Part shown: positions 56,755-64,000 of the stretch, one piece after another
Numbering within the stretch: position 1 is the stretch's first letter
How the letters are laid out: each line of letters opens with the position of its first letter
NCBI GenBank assembly: GCA_025558095.1
Contig: JAIVFI010000022.1
Coordinates: 248,001-312,000, forward strand
Source of the DNA: Hyaloraphidium curvatum SAG 235-1
Lineage: Eukaryota > Fungi > Monoblepharomycota
Direction: 5' to 3'
DNA length: 64,000 bases
The notes under the pieces: generated by a model
Told to the model about the DNA's origin: nothing
The model's database searches: none
The model's input: the letters and a program-made list of their open reading frames with translations, nothing else
Made by a program: the position numbers and the translations under genes

Positions 56755-56930
56755 GGTGATCAGGTGGTCGTGGTCGCGTCAGAATTTGGAGACCGCAACT
56801 TGAGGACTGCTCACTCCCACGAGTCTTCCAAAATCACTACACGAAAACCTTGCTCGAGCAATGTCACAAACTGCCTACATCTGCATTCGGGGGTTCGCCT
56901 AGGGCTCGACACACGGCGCGGTCGGTTCGC

Positions 56931-58683
56931 CTAAGGCTTTCGACACAGTCCACCGTCAGGAAGGATTGGGAGGGGATGAGCCTCGGTGGTGAGGACGTAG
57001 CGATCGAATGGAAACAGCGTATCGTCGGCGAAGATGAGGTAAAGGTATTTGAGGGTCTCGGAGAGGAAGAAGGATTCCTGGAGGTTCGTATAGGCAAGGT
57101 GATCGCCGTCCGGGTGTACGTCGACAATCCCGGAGAACCCGTGCCCGGAGACGCGGGTGAACTGGTTCAAGGCCTGACATGAGCGTGGCGAATGAGTAAA
57201 AGCCAAAGGACGCGGGGATGCAAGGGTACCTGAATCGTCCGCCACGCCCAATCGCGATACTTCTTCTCGCGGGTATACCGATGAAGGTAGAACGCGCTTT
57301 CTGCGGTTTCCGGCCGCAGGATGTAGACGCGCTCGCTGCCTCCGCTGCTCTCCCGAGGGCGGATGGGCTGGACGGTCAGGTTGAAAATCTCGGCGCCGAG
57401 CCCGCAGCGCGAGTCGATGTAAGATTGCATGCACGTTTCGGTGATCCTTTGCGCCCACGTCCAGTATCTGTCGCGCTTCGCCTGGTCGGTGAAGGCGCCG
57501 AACTCGGAAGCGAGCGCCAAAGTCCCTCCAAACATGCAGGAGAGGTGCTCCATTGAACCGTCCAGGAGCACGCGACCGAGGGTGGCGTTGTAGTGCCCCT
57601 TGGAGAAGCCGTGGTGGAACCGATCGTTCTCGAATCGCACCGTCACGGCAAGGTGCGTGAGCATGGCATCTACCGAGTCCTGGAAGAAGCCCCAGAGCCG
57701 CGGGTCCTTCCGATCCAGCTGAATGTACATCTTCAGCAGGTACTCGTAGCTGGAATGGGGAGTCAGGTCATGCAGCTTGCACATGGAAGGGGCACTAACA
57801 AGGAATCCACGCCGCCTCCAACGGACAGGATGCCGGAGTTGCCGAGCTTAAGCGTGCTGGGGTTCAAATCGAACGGAAACAGGTCCGTGACGTGGTCCGG
57901 AGATTCGGAGATCTGATCCTTCAGAGTCCACAGCACGTCATTCACCCGGTACGCCTGCGGAACGCGATCGTCAGAATGGCGATGCAAACTTGCGAATGAG
58001 ATTCGCACATAGTCGGCATACGAGCAATTGCCGGTGACGTCCGCAAGGTAGAAGAACTCGAGCTGGAAGCTCGCCAGCTCCGCAATCGGCACGTTGTTGC
58101 TATCCTTCCGCTCTCCCGTTGAGAGGCTGACCAGGCGCCATGGTAGCCCGGTGTTTGGATCAAATGCGGGTATGAGCCGGTTCGCCAAATCGACGGCCTT
58201 CTCCAGGAAGACCTGGTCGCTTCGTCCCGTGCTCTCGTAGGCGGAGAGCAGGCCAGCCAGGCATCTGATTGTGATCTCGAAGAAGGAGACGTGCGAAGGA
58301 ATATCGAACGATGCCGATGCCACGAGCTCCCTGGCTTCGGCGAACTCGGTTGTCATTCCCATGAGGTGAAACGTCGACAACGCATCAATTGGAGTTATGA
58401 GTAACGATCCTCCCGGGTACCAATTCCTCCCCGAGCGGGAAGCAGGCTGCAGGTCGTCCATCCCTTTGGCGTAGGTCTTGTACGCCTTCCAGGATTCCTC
58501 CGCCATCCGCTTGACGATCCAGCGGGCTTTCTTCGCAATGAACTCCCCCTCGGGACCGCCCAGGTCGCCCGCCATGGGTGGTCTCCAGACGGATTCCACG
58601 CGTCGGACCAGTTGGGGCGGCCCTCGATGAAAGAAAGCTCCGAGCGTCTGGATCGTCATCGCCACCAGAATGGTCAGCAGCAT
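56931..58683 (-). CDS. GH47 alpha-1,2-mannosidase, multi-exon (start uncertain; frame open to about 58870)
   Basis: SWKAYKTYAKGMDDL, SFFEITIRCLAGLLSAY, DSSYEYLLK, ILRPETAES, QESFFLSETLKYLYLIF, TTEAHP. Confidence 0.92.
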
Positions 58684-58994
58684 GACCCTATTGCGCAGCA
58701 GGAAGCCGATGAACAGCGGCAGCTCGGGTTCCTGTCCAGGCCGCCGTGCAGAGTCCGATGCGGGCTTCGGCGGTTCCGCGGCACGCCGCCGTCCGGAGTC
58801 CGCAGCTGGCTCCGATCTGTCCACGGCAACCCCCTTGCCGCCATCGCCGGATCCATTGCCGGTAGCCAGCGTTCAGTCCCGGTCCTTTGGACCGTCCCTG
58901 CAGTAAGGGTGTTTATCGCGGTCACGGAGCGGCCCGATCATCGTCCCGTCCCCGACGGCCAGCCCACCTCCGTCCTCGCGCAGGCCGAGGGGAA

Positions 58995-60305
58995 ATGGGA
59001 CACGGAGCTCCGATTCGTCCCGTGGCAGATCCCTCTTCGTCTTATTGGCTCCACGAGCTGGACGCCGATCGCGTCCTCGGACCGGAATATGCGGCCACGG
59101 ATTCGGCCCCGCTCCCAGCCGAAGCAGACGTGGTCATCGTCGGGGCAGGGATCACAGGGATAAGCGTGGCATACCACCTCTCGCGGCTCACGGACCTGAG
59201 GATCGTGGTCCTTGACTCGCGTGGGGTCTCGGAAGGTGCAACCGGCCGGAACGGCGGGCTCCTATGGCCGTTCCTCGATCCGGAATGGAAGGCGTTCAAA
59301 GAAAAGTACGGTCTGGACGAGGCGAAGAGGGCAGTGGAGCTGGAGCACCGCAACATCGAGGCGATATTGACATTCGTTCGAGAGAATCCGGGCTCGAGGG
59401 CGACTGCGAGCAAGTACCCGGACGGGGGCATCGTTCCGTTCAACACGGAAGCCGAACTCGATCGAGCAGCTCGGGAGTTGAAGGACCGCTCGTCGGATGG
59501 CGTTGGAGGCGGCGTGGAGGTCTTGAACCGAGAAGCGCTGAAGGCGTACCTCGGCCCGAACCACAAGTACGCGGGCGCGTACCGGTGCCCGAACGTGTGG
59601 CGCTTCTCGCCCGCGGCGTTTGTCGTGGACGTTGCCAAGCAGTGCCTCGAACGGGGCGTACGGATTCTCAAGAGGGTCACTGTCGAAGGCGTGGAACAGG
59701 CTCCTTCGGGGAAGCTCGCCGTCAAGACTTCCAGGGGTTCGCTCCTCTCTTCCCACGTCGTCTACGCCACCAACGGATGGACCCGCGGGCTGGTCGACGT
59801 GCCGATCACCCCCGTCCGCAACCAGGTCCTCATGAGCACGCCGGACTGCGGCGGGCACAGGCTGGGCTTCGCGCTGAGCGCCGAGGAGGGCTACGTGTAC
59901 ATCACGCCGCGTGCCGACGGCCGGGTGCTCATCGGGGGCTGCAGGCACATCGTTCCTGGCATGGAGGCGGGCGTAACGTCGGACCGGGAGGCGGACCACG
60001 AGCCGGCCGTTGCGCCGGCGCTTTCGTCGTACCTGCGCACTCTGCCGGAAATGGAGGCGGCCGAATTCGACTTTTCGTGGTCGGGGATCCTCGGCTTCAC
60101 CCCGGATTATTTCCCTCTCGTCGGCGCCGTCCCTGGAAAGAAGAACCAGTGGATCGCGGCCGGATACTCGGGTCACGGCATGCCGAGGGCTTTCCTGGCC
60201 GGCCGCAGCATCGCCCACGCGATCGCCGGCAACTCCGCCGCCGCAAAGGAGGACACGTGCGCGGCGTTCGATCCGGCACGGTTCGCGAACCAGTTGAAGG
60301 ATTAA
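58995..60305 (+). CDS. FAD-dependent oxidoreductase (DAO family), intronless
   Basis: [43 protein letters not shown]. Confidence 0.92.
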   Translation: MGHGAPIRPVADPSSSYWLHELDADRVLGPEYAATDSAPLPAEADVVIVGAGITGISVAYHLSRLTDLRIVVLDSRGVSEGATGRNGGLLWPFLDPEWKAFKEKYGLDEAKRAVELEHRNIEAILTFVRENPGSRATASKYPDGGIVPFNTEAELDRAARELKDRSSDGVGGGVEVLNREALKAYLGPNHKYAGAYRCPNVWRFSPAAFVVDVAKQCLERGVRILKRVTVEGVEQAPSGKLAVKTSRGSLLSSHVVYATNGWTRGLVDVPITPVRNQVLMSTPDCGGHRLGFALSAEEGYVYITPRADGRVLIGGCRHIVPGMEAGVTSDREADHEPAVAPALSSYLRTLPEMEAAEFDFSWSGILGFTPDYFPLVGAVPGKKNQWIAAGYSGHGMPRAFLAGRSIAHAIAGNSAAAKEDTCAAFDPARFANQLKD

Positions 60306-60368
60306 ATGTATGGGAACAGTCTATAGCACACCTCCAATCCGAATCCGACCTTGCAATATCTGCGATGC

Positions 60369-62586
<2,218 letters not shown>

Positions 62587-62628
62587 GGCGGCGGTCGGAG
62601 GAGGAGGTGGTGGACGGAGGCGGCGCTA

Positions 62629-64000
62629 CAGTACTGAATTACAAAGATGAGCGGGAGCTTCAACTCGCCACCCCACACACAATTTTAATGCTATGGATTT
62701 GCCGTTTCGTGAGCTACAAGATGTAGGCAGCGCCCTGCTTTTCCGGGATTTTTGGCCCTTATCTGTGGTGGGAAGCGTTTCGGCGTGGGGCGCCAAGTTG
62801 AAGTTAGATTCGGGGTTAAAGAAATTTAACCACAGCTAAGGCCTGAAAATCGGCCAGGATCCAGTTCTCCTAACAAATAGTCTAACCCGTGGGGTCCCGG
62901 GCCTTCGCTCACGCGTGCCCGGCCCCAAATCGGCCGCAATTGGAGGCACTCCACCGCCGCGATGGCCGAAGGTCGCGGCTGGATAGCTGCCGCCGTGGCC
63001 GGCGGGATCGTTTTGGCCGTCTTCGTGGTGCTCTTTGGCATGGTCGCCGGTGTCGGCCGTGGTCGGGATGGCCGCGGAAGGTTCTCCCTGGGGGACACCT
63101 CGACGAGCACCACGACCGCCCTCCGCCAATCACCGGTCACGAAACGGCGCAAGACCGCTGATGGGCTTGCACTGGAAGATGGAGCAGCTTTTGTTGAGCA
63201 GCGGCGCGCTCGAGCCGCGGAGAACACCCCCGGCGGGGAGAACGAGGCCGAGGGCCGCGGGACGCGACGTGCGGCATCCCAGCTCAATGTGGACGGCTAC
63301 AAGGACGTTTCTGGCTCTGGAGAGCGTCTGTGCACCCACTGTAAGGAGAAAGGACATTACATCACGACGTGCCCAAAACGGCAGAGGTGCAGACAGTGCC
63401 AGGGCAAAGGCCACGCGAAGAACTACTGTCCCGAGCTGTACCCCGGTCTTCTCAGGTTCGGGAGGCTTCTGACCGTCGAGGAGAATATCAGAATGCTCGG
63501 CATCCCCGAAGTGCTAAACAGGAAGCCCGGAGAACCGCTGTCATACGACCTCCGGAAAGCATACCTCCGGATTCTATACCACCAGAAGGCCATGGGAGTC
63601 GGTGATCCAGTCAAAAAGGTTGCGCAGATGGTTGGGGCCTCGGAAGGGACCATCAGGCAGCTGTACAACGAGTTTGAAAGGAGCGGCAAGGTGGCCTTGT
63701 GGGCGGACCGCAGATCTGATCGAACCTTCAACACGACGACGGAATGGAACGCATTTGTCATCGACTACGTCAGCAAACAGCACAGGGCAATGTGCCGTGT
63801 CCGTACCAAGAAGCTACAGAAGGAAATGGTGCGGGAATTCAACCGATTCTTCAGTCTTCGATACGTGCGTGCCCTCTGCAAGCGCCTGGGCTTCGGATAC
63901 AAGGAGATTGGAGGCCACAAGATCGTTGTCATGACTCCAAACATCCATGTGCGGCGGTATGAGTACCTGCGAGAGCGGTACCGGATTCGCAAAGCGGAGA
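62629..64000 (+). mobile_element. Left part of a putative IS630/Tc1-mariner-like DNA transposon
   Basis: TA (62627-62628) followed by CAGT..., abrupt GC drop at this point, transposase-like ORF downstream; right end not in window. Confidence 0.6.
62962..64000 (+). CDS. Transposase-like ORF (2 CCHC knuckles + bipartite HTH), 3' end outside window; absent from the ORF track
   Basis: Open to the window end: CTHCKEKGHYITTC, CRQCQGKGHAKNYC, VKKVAQMVGASEGTIRQL, SLRYVRALCKRLGFGYK, RRYEYLRE; DDE catalytic region not reached. Confidence 0.7.
   Translation, partial: MAEGRGWIAAAVAGGIVLAVFVVLFGMVAGVGRGRDGRGRFSLGDTSTSTTTALRQSPVTKRRKTADGLALEDGAAFVEQRRARAAENTPGGENEAEGRGTRRAASQLNVDGYKDVSGSGERLCTHCKEKGHYITTCPKRQRCRQCQGKGHAKNYCPELYPGLLRFGRLLTVEENIRMLGIPEVLNRKPGEPLSYDLRKAYLRILYHQKAMGVGDPVKKVAQMVGASEGTIRQLYNEFERSGKVALWADRRSDRTFNTTTEWNAFVIDYVSKQHRAMCRVRTKKLQKEMVREFNRFFSLRYVRALCKRLGFGYKEIGGHKIVVMTPNIHVRRYEYLRERYRIRKAE

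Overview
GC-rich, very gene-dense eukaryotic DNA with many short (about 40-65 nt) GT-AG introns. Gene content (chitin deacetylase, Csm1 monopolin, PUT2, VMA2, MOK/LF4 kinase, a UGA-recoded selenoprotein) points to an early-diverging, probably zoosporic, fungus (chytrid/monoblepharid-like; inference). About 40 protein-coding genes can be reconstructed; most long ORFs in the track are antisense shadows caused by high GC. Housekeeping genes (KTI12, ODC carrier, PUT2, PCID2, ARS2, ZCCHC9, RPLP1, GH47, VMA2) flank an accessory-rich block at about 11-33.5 kb. Main highlights: (1) a three-exon selenoprotein H gene missed by the ORF track, with an in-frame UGA in a CxxU motif assembled across an intron and a canonical SECIS in its 3' UTR; (2) four paralogous small proteins joining an F-box-like motif to segments resembling the Skp1-binding helices of cullin-1, possibly SCF decoys; (3) an LRR-(EAARQ)11-ankyrin-non-RD kinase resembling an immune receptor; (4) a stand-alone Pol X 8-kDa lyase-type domain; (5) several bacterial-type enzymes carrying organelle targeting signals; (6) the left end of an IS630/Tc1-mariner-like element with CCHC knuckles, about 40 bp upstream of VMA2. 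All family calls are motif recognition by eye; no searches were run.
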